DNA of 63,746 bases, filler included, from Chiloscyllium plagiosum (GCF_004010195.1; 3 parts of one record of this genome joined end to end with filler, not necessarily neighbours in it); one strand, 5' to 3'; positions 26,954-39,935 are shown, counted from the first letter of the whole stretch. Numbers and translations: made by a program. The notes: generated by a model from the letters alone, not told the origin.

Positions 26954-27062
26954 CATTCCTGATGAAGGGCTTTTGTCCGAAACGTCGACTTTCCTGCACC
27001 TCGGATGCTGCCTGACCTGCTGTGCTCTTCCAGCACCACTCTAATCTAGACTCTGGTTTTTA
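26954..27062 (+). mobile_element. Short element with an intact minimal hammerhead core
   Basis: CTGATGA-A-GGGC-TTTT-GTCC-GAAA-CGTC at 26959-26986; a truncated sibling lies at 26766-26872. Confidence 0.75.
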
Positions 27063-27639
27063 CCTATCAATGTTCTCAGTGTAGTTACAAATACTGTCTA
27101 AATTAGATACCAATGTTTGATCAGGAACCAGGCATTGTCTGGACATGGAGTGTCAGAATCACATGGTATTGCTTACGGTGCTGACATCTGGCATGTTTCC
27201 CATACTTCCTACATCTGCTCCCTGGTGCAGACGCTGTGTGAAAATGTTCACAATTGACAGCTTTCTACAGCATCTTGTGTCTCACAGTGAATCCTCTGAC
27301 ATTATATCCAATAAATGTACCTTCACATTCACCCGTATCAAAATAAAATTGTACCTGCCTGTGGATGGTCAGATATTAATACATTGGTCACCAAACAGAA
27401 TGTATCTGAAGAAACCAGGAGCTAAGGACAAACCAAAAATCAGTTTAATAACTAAACTTGGTGGATTTTGTCTGGTCGAGGTAACCACACATATTGTGCT
27501 GGCACTCAGTTGACTGTAACCATGCACACCATAACTGGAAGTCTTGGCCTCACGCCCCTTAAAGCTTCCTGACCTCACACATCTCACTCCCTCACACATT
27601 CATCGACTGATGAGAGTCCACCAGCTGAGAAAAACTTAA

Positions 27640-29425
27640 AACATGGAACAGTACAGCACAATAAGAGCCCTTCAGCCCTCAATACTTTGCCGACTTTTTA
27701 GCCTACTCTAAGATCCGACTAACCTACATAACCTTCAATGCACTAGCTTCCATGTGCCTATCCAAGAGTCTTCTTAATTATCCCTAATATATCTGACTCT
27801 ATTTCTATCACTGGCAGTGCATTCCAACCCCACCATACTCTGTGTAAAGCAGCTGCCTCTGACATCACCCCTAAACCTGCGTCAAATCACCTTAAAATTA
27901 TGCTCCTTGTAGATAGCCATTTCTGCCTGGGAAAAGACGGTGGCTATCCAATCTTTGTCTCTCAACATTTGTACACCTCTATCAAGTCAGCTGCCATTCA
28001 TCTTCGCTCCATGGAGAAAAGCACTAGCTCCCTCAAACTTTCTTCCTAAGACTGTCCTCTGGTCTAGGCAACATCCTGGTAAATTTCCTCTGCACACATC
28101 TCTGAGGCTTCCACATATTTCCTATGCTGAGGCAACCAGATCTGAACACAATATTCCAAGTGTGGTTGAACCACAGCTTTATTTAGCTTAGCATTAACCT
28201 CTCCGCTCTTAAACTCAATCCCCCATAATGAAAACCAACACACCATACACCTTCTTAACAACTCTATCAACTTGGGTGACAATTTTGTGTGATCTATGGA
28301 CATGGACCACGCGATCCTTCTGTTCCTCCCCATTGCCAAGAATTCTGCCTTTATCTCTGTGTTCTGTATTCAAATGCAACCTTCTAAACCAAATCACTTC
28401 ACACTTACATAGAGTTACATAGAAGAATACAGCGCAGTACAGGCCCTTTGGCACTCGATGTTGCGCCGATCCAAGCCCACCTAACCTATACGAACCCACT
28501 ATCCTCCATATACCTATCCAATGCCCGCTTAAATGCCCATAAAGAGGGAGAGTCCACCACTGCTACTGGCAGGGCATTCCATGAACTTACGACTCGCTGA
28601 GTGAAGAACCTACCCCTAACTTCAGTCCTATATCTACTTTTTAAGGTCGAACATTGTCTGCCACTTATTAGCCCAGGTCTGCATCCTGTCAATGTTCTGT
28701 TGCAACCTACAACAGCCTTCCACACTATCCACAACTCCATCAACCTGCATGTCTTCGGTATACTTACTAACCACCATTCCACTTCCTCATCAGAGTCATT
28801 TATAAAAATCACAAACAGCACAAGTCCCAGAGCCGATCCCTGTGGAAAACCACAGATCACTGTGCTCCAGGCTGAATTCTTTCCATCTGCTACCATCCTT
28901 TGTCTTCTATGGGCCAGCCATGCCCGTATCCGGAGAGCCAAATTTCCCTGCATCCCATTCCTCCTTAGCTTCTGAATGAGCCTACAATGGGAAACCTTAT
29001 CAAACGCCTTGCTAAAATTTGTGTTCACCACATCTACCGGTCTACCTTCACGACTTGTATTTTTCATATCTTAAAATAATTTAATAAGGTTTGTGAGACA
29101 TGACCTGCTCCTCAAAAAGCCATGCTGACTATCTCTAATCAAATTATCATTTTCTAAGTAATTGTAAATCCTGCCTCTCAGAAGCGTCTCCAATACTTTG
29201 CCCACCACTGATGTAAGGCTGATTGTTCGGTCATTCCCAGGGTTATCCCTATTCCCTTTCCGGAACAAGGGAATAACATTTGCCACACTTCAATCATCTT
29301 GTACCACTCTAGTGGACAGCGAGGACACAATGATCATCACCAAAGGCACACCAATCTCTTCCATCACTTCCTGGAGTAACCTCATATATACCCCATCTGA
29401 CACAGGAGATTTATCTATCCTTATG
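27640..29425 (-). mobile_element. Decayed CR1 (paralog of 8965-10500)
   Basis: '[17 protein letters not shown]', 'FSKAFDKV', 'PQGSALG'. Confidence 0.88.
28407..28636 (-). mobile_element. Young 5'-truncated CR1 3' end nested in the older CR1
   Basis: Clean 'RYRTEVRGRFFTQRVVSSWNALP..FKRALDRYM', tail TTACATAGAG repeats; absent at the paralogous position ~9735. Confidence 0.85.
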
Positions 29426-30350
29426 TTTGTACTTCAATCAGTCTGTACTTCCCCTCACCTTCTTTAACCCTGTCCAACCAACTGATTGACTGCTTTCCAT
29501 TTCAGTGCAAGATACAGTGCTGCCTTCCTGACTAAGTAGGGTTCTCAACGTCCTGCGAATCACAGAATCAAATAAAAAGGAATGCACCAATCCCTTCCTG
29601 AGAATGAGCTTATGACCGAAACAGCGACTCTCTTGCTCCTCGGATGCTTCCTGACCTGTTGTGCTTTTGCAGTACCACACTGTTCGACTCTGATCTCCAT
29701 CATCTGCAATCCTCACTGTCTCCATTACTGAGGGCTATCCCCTCTGCACACTGAGCAGGGAATTAACCATCAGAAACTCATTGTATGAGGAGCTGACTGC
29801 TCAGTTCTGGAAAGTTGGACTTGATAAATATATTTTTAAAAAAGAAATTACAGTTCAACAAATATTCATTCAGTCCCAGAGTTACAATTTTGGTTCATGG
29901 TTTGGGCATGTTTGAGGATGTTTGAGGAACTCCGAGGCACAGAGTATTCCAAGTGTTATATTCCAGCTTACGTTAATACTGGGTGTATTATCGGACAGAC
30001 TGATAAGATAATGGCGTGAGATGTCATGTGGAGGTGAAATATTTTTGCCATCACAGAGACGTGTTTGAGGGTGGTCAGGGCTAACAACTCAATATTCTGT
30101 ACTGCTGGAACTATAGGCAGGACAGGAGGGAATGTTAAAAAGGAGGTGGTATTGCATTATTTATTAAGGAACAGTTACTGCAGTAAGGAGGGACAATATC
30201 TTGGACGTGTCTTCAAATGAGGCTTTATGCGTCGAGGTTAAGGTCCAAACGCTGGGGATATTTTATAGAGTCCAAGAAATATGAAAATACAGGAGCAGAT
30301 ATATAACCAATTCACTAAGTGCGTAAAAACCAATTCACTGAGGTGTGAAG

Positions 30351-30630
30351 GAAAGCAGAGATATGAAAGCAAGGCTGGAGATATTACAGAGATGATGGGA
30401 AAGCAAGGCTGGAGATATTATAGAGATAGGAAAGCTTTCTGGGGATGTTACAGAGAGAGGAAAGCAAGGCTGGAGATATTACAGAGAGAGGAAAGCAAGG
30501 CCAGAGATATTACAGAGAGAGGAAAACAAGGCTGGAGATGTTACAGAGATAGGAAAGTAAGGCTGGAGATGTTACAGCGAGAGGAAAGTAAGGCTGGAGA
30601 TGTTGCAGAGAGAGGAAAGCAAGGCTGGAG
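30351..30630 (+). repeat. 31-bp minisatellite running into the gap
   Basis: GAAAGCAAGGCTGGAGATRTTACAGAGAKAG tandem copies. Confidence 0.92.
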
Positions 30631-30730
30631 NNNNNNNNNNNNNNNNNNNNNNNNNNNNNNNNNNNNNNNNNNNNTTAATTAATTAANNNNNNNNNNNNNN
30701 NNNNNNNNNNNNNNNNNNNNNNNNNNNNNN
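30631..30730. other. Artificial 100-nt join: N44-TTAATTAATTAA-N44
   Basis: Stops in all six frames, centred in symmetric N runs; identical to 42510-42609. Confidence 0.95.
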
Positions 30731-31149
30731 CAGTGTCCTTGCAGCAGCATTGCAATGAGAGTTGTCAGTGCACCCTGAGCTGTCGCATTGAAGTGCAGAA
30801 GTGTACTGTCAGTGGGTCGGAGATGTGCTGGGATGGCATGGCGAAGCTGGCATATGTCAGATGTCAGCATTGGTCTGTGTGGAGTACATGCAGCTTCTGT
30901 TCATGCAGTTTCCCCCGAGACGTTGGTGTCCAGGATAGAAGTCTGCAGGAGCGAGCGGCGAGATGGAGTCACCAGGTACCAGGTCTGACTTTCATGTCAA
31001 ATTCTCTATATTGAGTTTCCCCAGTGGGGGAGGATATGAAGCTGCAAGTTGATGGCGGTGGGGGGGTAGGATCCACAATAATGTGGCTGTTGATCATCAG
31101 TAATCATTCAGTGAGCATCTCGCCACTCCCGCTCTCAAATCTTGTCTTA

Positions 31150-32460
31150 AAGAACAGTCCAGTACAGGAACAGGCCTTCAGCACAGCAAGCCCGCACTGA
31201 CACATGATGCCTTTCTAAAGTTAAAACAAAAGTTTTTGCTCCGACACCCTCTATGTCATTCTGTTCCTTACTTACTCATATTTGTGCCAAAATCCCTCTT
31301 AACCTTGCTATATTAGCTTCTTCTCCTCTATCAGTGCATTCCTGGCACTTTCACATTCTGTCCAAAAGCAAAAAAAAACCTTACCTGTCATATCTCCTGA
31401 ACTTTCTCCCTTTTACCTAAAACCTACGGTCCTGAGTAATTGATATTTCTACTCTGGGGGGAAAAGCCTCTAACTGTGCTTCTATCTATGCCTCTGATAA
31501 TTTTGTAAATATTTATCAGGTAACCCCATCGCCAATGATGCCCAGGTGAAAACAAACCATGTTTGTTCAATTTCCCCTTCTGGCTGAGTAATTGATATTT
31601 CTACTCTGGGGGGAAAAAGCCTCTAACTGTCCTTCTATCTATGCCTCTGATAATTTTGTAAATATTTATCAGGTAACCCCATCGCCAATGATGTACAGGT
31701 GTAAACAAACCACGTGTGTTCAATTTCCCCTTCTGGCTAATACCCTCCAAACCAGACAACATGCTGGTAAAACTTTCCCATACCCTCTCCAACACTTCAA
31801 CATCGTGGGGCGACCAGTACTGTACACGATATTCTAAATGTACCTTGAACTAAGTTTCTCTACAGCTGCAATAAGAGCTGCTAATTTTCATACTGCATGC
31901 TCTGATGCCTGTCTGCAAGTTTGCCGTCAGTTTTCCTGATCACCCTATCCACCCATGTTGTCACTTTCAGGGAACTGTGGAGCTGTCCACCTTGATCCCT
32001 TCGGATGTTGATGCAATCAGTATTTTTCCATCCACTTTATACTTCTCTCCTGCATTAGACCTTCTAAAATGCATCACGTCACAACTGTCCAGATAAAGTT
32101 ACATCTGTGTTTTCTCTGTCCAAGTCTGCAGCTGACATATATCCTGCTGTATTCTCTGGAATCATCCTCACAATCTGCAACTCTGCCAATCTATTTACAG
32201 ATCTCCAATCACAAAAACAATGTTCCACCACTACTCTCTCTTCAATGGCCAAGCATTTCTCTATCCATCTTACTAACTGACCACCGATACAATTTCACTT
32301 CACCTTCAGTCTGAGTCTACCATAAGGAACCCTATCAAAGGCCTTGCTAAGGTCCAAACGGCCAACATCCAACCCCATGACTATATTAATCAATTTTATC
32401 GCTTCCTCAAAATATTCAGTCAAGTTTGTGAGACATGATCTTCCCCACACAACTGTGTTG
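31150..32460 (-). mobile_element. Decayed CR1 (inverted paralog of 17810-18694 plus its 3' end) with an internal 152-bp tandem duplication at 31432-31736
   Basis: '[27 protein letters not shown]'; CTGAGTAATTGATATTTCTACTCTGGGG starts at both 31432 and 31584. Confidence 0.8.
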
Positions 32461-32556
32461 CCTGTTCCTATTAAGTCCATACAAAAGTACTGTTGGAGCT
32501 GCACTTTTTCAGACAATTGATTATTCCATCATATTCCTGACTTAAAATTTGGAGAG

Positions 32557-32818
32557 TAGATTAGATTCCCTACAGTGTGGAAATGGGCCTTTTGGCCCAA
32601 CTAGTCCACACCAACCTTCCAAACAGTAACCCACCCACACCCATTTCCCTTTGACTAAAGCACATAACAGTTTAGCAGGGCTAATTCACCTGACCTGCAC
32701 ATCTTTGGACTGTGGGAGGAAACTCACGCAGACAAGGAGGGAATGTGCAAACTCAGACGGTCACCCAAGGCCAGAATCCAACCTAGGACTTTGGTGCTGT
32801 GAGGCAACAGTGCCACTC
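32557..32818 (-). mobile_element. HE1-type V-SINE (paralog of 17443-17718)
   Basis: TAGATTAGATTCCCTACAGTGTGGAAA tail, CACATCTTTGGACTGTGGGAGGAAAC core. Confidence 0.85.
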
Positions 32819-32820
32819 TG

Positions 32821-33290
32821 GATGGTTACTGAACAGTGGGAAGTATGTCGGGCCGTGATGGTTACTGTACAGTGGGAGGTATGTCGGGCCATGATGGTCA
32901 CTGTACAGTGGGAGGTATGTCGGGCTGTGACGGTTACTGTACAGTGGGAGGTATGTCGGGCTGTGACGGTTACTGTACAGTGGGAGGTATGTCGGGCTGT
33001 GACGGTTACTGTACAGTGGGAGGTATGTCGGGCTGTGACGGTTACTGTACAGTGGGAGGTATGTCGGGCTGTGACGGTTACTGTACAGTGGGAGGTATGT
33101 CGGGCTGTGACGGTTACTGTACAGTGGGAGGTATGTCGGGCTGTGACGGTTACTGTACAGTGGGAGGTATGTCGGGCTGTGACGGTTACTGTACAGTGGG
33201 AGGTATGTCGGGCTGTGACGGTTACTGTACAGTGGGAGGTATGTCGGGCTGTGACGGTTACTGTACAGTGGGAGGTATGTCGGGCTGTGA
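32821..33290. repeat. 36-bp minisatellite, ~13 copies
   Basis: Unit GACGGTTACTGTACAGTGGGAGGTATGTCGGGCTGT, mostly identical copies. Confidence 0.97.
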
Positions 33291-36200
33291 TGTTGCAGAC
33301 TGTATGAGTTGTACAGAGTATGATTCTGCTGCTGCCGATGGTCCATTGCACCTCATGGATGCATCGTCATTTGTTGTTCAATCTGTTTAAAGTCTGTCTT
33401 ACTCATTGCCTAGGAGGCTACATATCATGGTGAGGAGGGTCGCAAAATGTGAAGATAGCCCTTTCTCCCCATTAGGATTGTGCAGTGACCATTTTTGCTG
33501 ATATATAAAATGGAGAGGTATATCTGCAGCAGGTAAATTGTGACGATGTAGTCAATTATATGTTTCCCTTTTATTGATTCCCACATAACCTGCCGCAGAG
33601 CAGTCTAGCAGCCACAGGATCCATCACCAATGCTCAGCACTGTATTGACTATATACCAAGGTGCTGTCCCCCTCTGCCTGGCTGTGTCCTGTCAGTGGGA
33701 CAGAACATAACAGAGAGGATGGTGATGTTGCCATGGATATAGTGCTGTTCACAGAATCCTGCTTTACAGACAATATCTGACTGTTGCTTGATTAGTCCAT
33801 GGGAAATATACAACAGGACGTTTTTACTTTTTGTATAATGAAGAGTTAGTACGACTTTGTTTCTTACATATCTTAAAATAAACCAAACATTGTTTTTCAG
33901 TTGAAAGCAATTGAAGTGAACAATAATTGAATTACCAGAGTACACAGCTAAATATTACGCAATTCAGTCACTGTAGTAAACAGGCGATTCATGTTCAGAT
34001 CAGTGAACACACCATCTTGCAGGCAGCAAAGCTGTTGGAAATGACTTTTAGGAATTCAGACACAGTGTTCCTGGCCCTCCCCATGACTTCCAAAACACTG
34101 GATGTCTCCAAAATCTGTCCAGAGATCTATCAAACTGGAACTGGACAGTTACTGACACAATCCCTCATATTAGACTGGTTGGAGGCATACCTGAACAACG
34201 GGGACGTGTGTGTGGAACAGACTGGTCAATGGACTAACACATGGCACTGGCCCAGACGCGTTCAAATTTGTAACAATGACATGTAAACAACCATGTCTTG
34301 CAAGTATATCAATTCTGGTGTGCCACCTAAACTCTGTAATTCTGCACCTTGGACCCGATCCTGAATGAAGGTGTTGTAAAGGTGATGGTCTCCTGCAGCA
34401 CATGGCATCTTACATTGAATCCCTCATAAATCATATCCAGTGTATGTTAGCTCCACAGTGTCATTATCCAAACAGAATTGTGCAGCTCTATTGATGGACA
34501 GTATGATCCCAGCCCAACATCCTTGTGTGTGACTTGAGCTGGAAATTTCTGTGTAAATGTGTGCAGCATTGTTCTAACCATTAACAGAAAAGAATCTTTA
34601 CTGTAGGTCCGATAACCTTTCATAATACCTCACTTTCCCCCTGCTAATATTCCCTCCTAATCATTTTCATGGCAACAATATCACTGTGTGTTTAAACATG
34701 TTACAGTCAGATATGAATGCATTTTAAATTGCTTCTGTCTATCTCAGAGCTCAGTAATATGGGATGTGAATGGCAGTGTCTGTGTGATGCTCGGCAAGTA
34801 GGCCGTGCCTCTGAGAGACTGACAGATTGTTTCAAACAGCATATCCCTTCAGCTGTTCACAACAAACAGGTTACTGCCTGGACCCAACCAGCCTGAGCTC
34901 CCAAAACCCAAAGCACAGGGCCCAGAACTGGACAGGTCTGGACAATAATTTTCATTTTAATTTATTAATGGAATATGATCGGGCCAGTATTTATTGCCCA
35001 CCCCTTGTTGCCTTTGAGAAAATGGGGGTGACCTGCCCCAATGACCTGCTGCAGTCCATCTGCTGTAGGAAGACTTACAATACGATCATGGAGGGAACTT
35101 GAAACGGTGACACTGAAGGAACGGCCATATACTTTCCAATCAGGAGGGTGGGTGGATTGGAACAGAACGCGAACATGATGGAGGTCCCATGTATCTGCTT
35201 CCCTTGTCCTCCATGGTGGTCGGGGCTTCAGAGGTATGTTGTGAGGAGCCTTGGTAAGTTTCTTCAGAGCACCGTGTAGATGGCTGGTATTGCTGGACTG
35301 AGTGTCAGTGGATGAGGGGTGAAGCTGCACTCACACAGGCAAATGGAAGTACTTAATCACACACACATTCAACATGTGTCTTATAAGGCTTTCGAAGATT
35401 TTGAGGTGAGTTATTCCTGCAGAATTTCCAGCCCCTGACATATTATTGTAGTCAATGAATTTATATGCGTCAAAGTGTGGCGCTGGAAAAGCACAACAGG
35501 TCAGGCAGCATCTGAGGTACAGGAGAGTCGATGTTTTAGCATAAGCCCTACACAGGAATAGGTAATGAAATTATATGGTCAGTCTGCTTCTGGTTAACAT
35601 AATCCCCAAAATATTGCTAGGTGGGTATTCAGTGATGGTGGTGGCATTGGACTTTAGAGAATGTGGTTCAATTTTCTATTGTTAGAGGTAATCGTTGTCT
35701 GGCACGTGTGTAATGGAAATGGTACTTGTCACTGTTAAGCACACACCTGAACATTTCCAAGTCCTTGTTGCATTTGGACAAGGACTGCTTCAGTATCTGA
35801 GTAAATCACGAGTGGCATTGAACATTGTCCAATCCTTGGCAAACATCCCCAATTGTGATTTTATAGTCAGTTATGAAGCAGCTGAAAATTATTGGGCCTA
35901 GGGCAGAGAACACTCTTACAGCTCACTGATGCTGTCACTCTCTCTGAGCTAGGAAGCTTGCTTCTTGTTTCACCTGCTCCAAAGGTGTCTAACAACATAT
36001 CTGAATGGAATAATATTACAATATCTACCACAAGGAGCTGAATGTGGACTTGGGTAGCTCACTCAGTTGGATGGCTTGTTTGTAATGCAGATTAATACCA
36101 ACAGTATGAGTTCAATTCCTGTGGTGACTAAAGGGCTGTCTTACTCAACCTCTCCCTTACTTTTTGCATGATGACTGTCCAGATAAACTGCCACCAGTCA

Positions 36201-37308
36201 TCTCTGTCTAACAAGAGAGCAGCTCTATCATCCTGTAAGTGCCTTACCTTTCCATTTCTGATCTATAGGCTTACCCAGAAATCCCTCCCCTGGGGAACTG
36301 CTGCAGAGCTGTACTGGAGCTGAGGTGGCTGTTCCCACCAACCCCAGCCACCTTCCTTTATATCATGTCTAACTTCAGCCAGTGCAGACGATTCCTGTTT
36401 GCTCCTGTTTTGCCATTAATCCTGAATATGATACTTGGTCAAATGCAGTTACGATTGTATTAAGTGCATTCACTATCGCCTCCCCTCTAGAATTCAGCTG
36501 TGTGTTTTCTTGTGGTACATCGTTAAACGAAGGCTTCAATGTGCACCAGGGATGAGAGCCCAAACTGAGCTTCAGTGAGCAGTTGGTGCTGAGTAAGTGT
36601 TGCTTGATCCCACTGTAGGTGACATCTTCCATCCCTTTATTAGTGATAGGGATTAGAGCAATGGGACAGCCATCGATCGTCTGATGTTTTGTCTATGTGT
36701 ATACAGAACACACTCGGATAGTTTCCCACATTGTCAGGTAGGTCCCAGTGCAGGAACAGCCTGGATGGGATGTTATCAGGGCCAACTGCATTTGCATTCC
36801 ACATCACTCCGGCCGTTTGGAGATACCACACATAGTGAATCGGATTAGCCATCTGGAGGAGACTAAAATAGGTCATCCCATCGATACTTCTTTCTGAAAA
36901 TTGCTGTGGATCTTTCAGCTTTAGCTTTTCTGTTGTTGTGCTGGGCTCTTCCATCATTGAGGAAGGAGATATGTGGGGATCCTCCTCTTCCAGTGAGTTG
37001 TTTGATTGACACCACCATTCACCCTGACTGCATATGACAGGATTGCAGAGATTAGGTCAGATTTGTTGGTTAGATCTGGCTGTCGCTAGTTGTTTATGCT
37101 ATTTGTTGGGTAAGTAGTCCTGTTGGGTAACGTCACTTCATTTTGAGGTGTACCTAGTGCTGCTCTTGGCAGGCCCTCCTGTATTCTCCATTGAACAAGG
37201 GTTTATCCCCGGCCTGATGGTCAGGGTAAAATGGAGCATATGCCAGGCAGTGACAGTGAAAATTATGCTGGAGTATTATTCTGCTGCTGTTGGTAATGAT
37301 CCGAATCA

Positions 37309-37698
37309 GTTTCCGTGTCAGTGTTTGATCTGACACCGTGAGGTTGAGGGAGGGGAGTCAGCAGGAGGTTTCCGTGTCAGTGTTTGATCTGACACCGTGA
37401 GGTTGAGGGAGGGGAGTCAGCAGGAGGTTTCCGTGTCAGTGTTTGATCTGACACCGTGAGGCTGAGGGAGGGGAGGCAGCAGGAGGTTTCCGTGTCAGTG
37501 TTTAATCTGACACCGTGAGGCTGAGGGAGGGGAGGCAGCAGGATGTTTCCATGTCAGTGTTTGATCTGACACCGTGAGCTTGAGGGAGGGGAGTAAGCAG
37601 AATGTTTCCGTGTTAGTGTCTGATCTGACACCGTGAGGCTGAGGGAGGGGAGTAAGCAGGATGTTTCCATGTCAGTCTTTGATCTGACACCGTGAGGT
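37309..37698. repeat. 58-59-bp minisatellite, ~6.5 copies
   Basis: Unit GTTTCCGTGTCAGTGTTTGATCTGACACCGTGAGGTTGAGGGAGGGGAGTCAGCAGGAG starting at 37309, 37368, 37427... Confidence 0.95.
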
Positions 37699-38154
37699 TT
37701 CGTTATGTCACATTGTTGCTTGATGAGTCTGTAGAACACCTCTCACACATCTAGCTCTCGCCCCCAGACGTTAGGAAGGAGGGATTTCCAGGGTCTGCAG
37801 GGTTTTTAATTTTTCGTCGCTATCAATTGAAGGGCCACTAAAGTGCTGTATGACGCTCACTCTATGACTCTTGTGATTAGACAGTCCAAGGTCTCACTCC
37901 TTTAGTTCCTCCAAGTGCCTTGTCTATTCCACAAATTTCTACAGTATTTTCTCTATTAAGACATTGCATAATTCCGTTTTTAAACTCTCTAAGTGCGTCT
38001 CTGTACCTTTCCATGTCATCTGCTAAAGCATCCACATACAGTTGTATCTCAGTACCCATCCGTATCAGAACAATCATTGCCTCATACTTCAGCTCCATAT
38101 TTCACTGTAAATTCCACCAGCCCCTACACCCCTCCCTATCTCTCTAACCTCCAG

Positions 38155-39170
38155 CTGCTGTAACATCTCTAGCCTTTATTTCCTCTCTCTGTAACATTTC
38201 CAGCCTTGCTTTCCTATCTCTCTAACATGTCCTGCCTTGCTTTCCTCTCTCTGTAAAATCTCCAGCCTTGCTTTCCTATTTCTGTAACATCTCCGGCCTT
38301 GCCTTCTTCTCTCTGCAACATCTCCATCCTTGCTTCCAATCTCTCTACCATGTCCAGCCTTGCTTTCCTATCTCTGTAACATTTCCAGCCTTGCTTTGCA
38401 CTCTCTGTAGCTTCTCCAGCCTTGCTTTCCTATCTTTTTACCATCGCCAACCTTGCTTTCCTATCTCTGTAACATCTCCAGCCTTGCTTTGCACTCTATG
38501 TAGCTTCTTAGCCTTGCTTTCCTATCTCTGCACCATGTCCAACCTTGCCTTCGTTTCACTGTGACATCTCCGGGCATGCTTTCCGATCACTCTACCATCT
38601 ACAGCCTTGCGTTCCTCTCTCTGTGACATCTCTGGTCTTGCTTTCCTATCTCTGCGACATCTCCAGCCTTGCTTTGCACTCTGTGTAGCTTCTTAGCCTT
38701 GCTTTCCTATCTCTGCACCATGTCCAACCTTGCCTTCGTTTCTCTGTGACATCTCCGGGCATGCTTTCCGATCACTCTACCATCTACAGCCTTGCTTTCC
38801 TCTCTCTGTAACTTCTCTGGACTTGATTTACTCTCTCTGTAGCATCTCCAGCCTTGCTTCCAATTTCACTAACATCTCAGCCTTGCTTTCCTATCTCCCC
38901 AACATCACCAGCCTTGCTTCCCTCTCTCTGTAACATCTTCAGCCTTGCTTTCCTCTCTCTTTAACATTTCCAGCTTTGCTTTCCTATCTCTGTCACATTT
39001 CCAGCCTTGCTTTCCTCTCTCTTTAATTTCTCTGGCCTTGATTTCCTCACTCTGTAGCATCTCCAGCCTTGCTTCCAATTTCTCTAACATCTCCAGACTT
39101 GCTTTCCTCTCTCTGTAACATCTGCAGCCTTGCTTTTTGATCTCTGTAACATCTCCAGCATTGCTTTTCT
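38155..39170 (-). repeat. 31-bp minisatellite, ~33 copies
   Basis: CTCTGTAACATCTCCAGCCTTGCTTTCCT(A/C)T tandem copies. Confidence 0.95.
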
Positions 39171-39435
39171 TCACACCTCAGTGAATTGGTTTTTACACAC
39201 CTCCGTGAATTTGTTATATATCTGCTCCAGTATTTTCATCTTTCTGGGGATCTATATAATATCTCCAGCAGTGTGTCTGTCATCGTGTGGACCCTAACCT
39301 CGACTCATAAAGCCTCAGTTGAAGGCACATCCAAGATATCATCCCTCCTCTCTGCACTAACTGATCCTTAATAAATAATGCTACACCACCTCCTCTTTAA
39401 CACCCTCTCCTGTCTTGCCTATATTTCCAGTACAA

Positions 39436-39935
39436 NNNNNNNNNNNNNNNNNNNNNNNNNNNNNNNNNNNNNNNNNNNNNNNNNNNNNNNNNNNNNNNNN
39501 NNNNNNNNNNNNNNNNNNNNNNNNNNNNNNNNNNNNNNNNNNNNNNNNNNNNNNNNNNNNNNNNNNNNNNNNNNNNNNNNNNNNNNNNNNNNNNNNNNNN
39601 NNNNNNNNNNNNNNNNNNNNNNNNNNNNNNNNNNNNNNNNNNNNNNNNNNNNNNNNNNNNNNNNNNNNNNNNNNNNNNNNNNNNNNNNNNNNNNNNNNNN
39701 NNNNNNNNNNNNNNNNNNNNNNNNNNNNNNNNNNNNNNNNNNNNNNNNNNNNNNNNNNNNNNNNNNNNNNNNNNNNNNNNNNNNNNNNNNNNNNNNNNNN
39801 NNNNNNNNNNNNNNNNNNNNNNNNNNNNNNNNNNNNNNNNNNNNNNNNNNNNNNNNNNNNNNNNNNNNNNNNNNNNNNNNNNNNNNNNNNNNNNNNNNNN
39901 NNNNNNNNNNNNNNNNNNNNNNNNNNNNNNNNNNN
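39436..39935. other. Assembly gap (500 N)
   Basis: Run of N. Confidence 1.

Larger units (their letters stand above)
21139..30630 (+). repeat. Segmental duplication block A' (copy 2, direct)
   Basis: Colinear with 1-11646. Lacks the 653-969 SINE, the Penelope insertion and the ~3555-5575 interval; carries extra 21990-22405 and 28407-28636. Confidence 0.95.
31405..39435 (-). repeat. Segmental duplication block B' (inverted, third copy)
   Basis: Reverse complement of 11170-18694 with substitutions and VNTR differences. Confidence 0.93.

Noticed and set aside
30731..31014. GC-richer stretch with short overlapping ORFs at the contig edge
   Set aside because: No recognisable domain or splice structure, and it is truncated by the artificial join.
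32651..33390. Long repetitive ORFs (184-218 aa, Cys/Gly-rich) on both strands, also at 17024-17451
   Set aside because: Read-through of a 36-bp (multiple of 3) VNTR, open in several frames and starting inside a SINE.
33927..34286. 119-aa ORF with paralog 16308-16550
   Set aside because: Non-ATG start, premature stop in the paralog, many replacements and no recognisable family.
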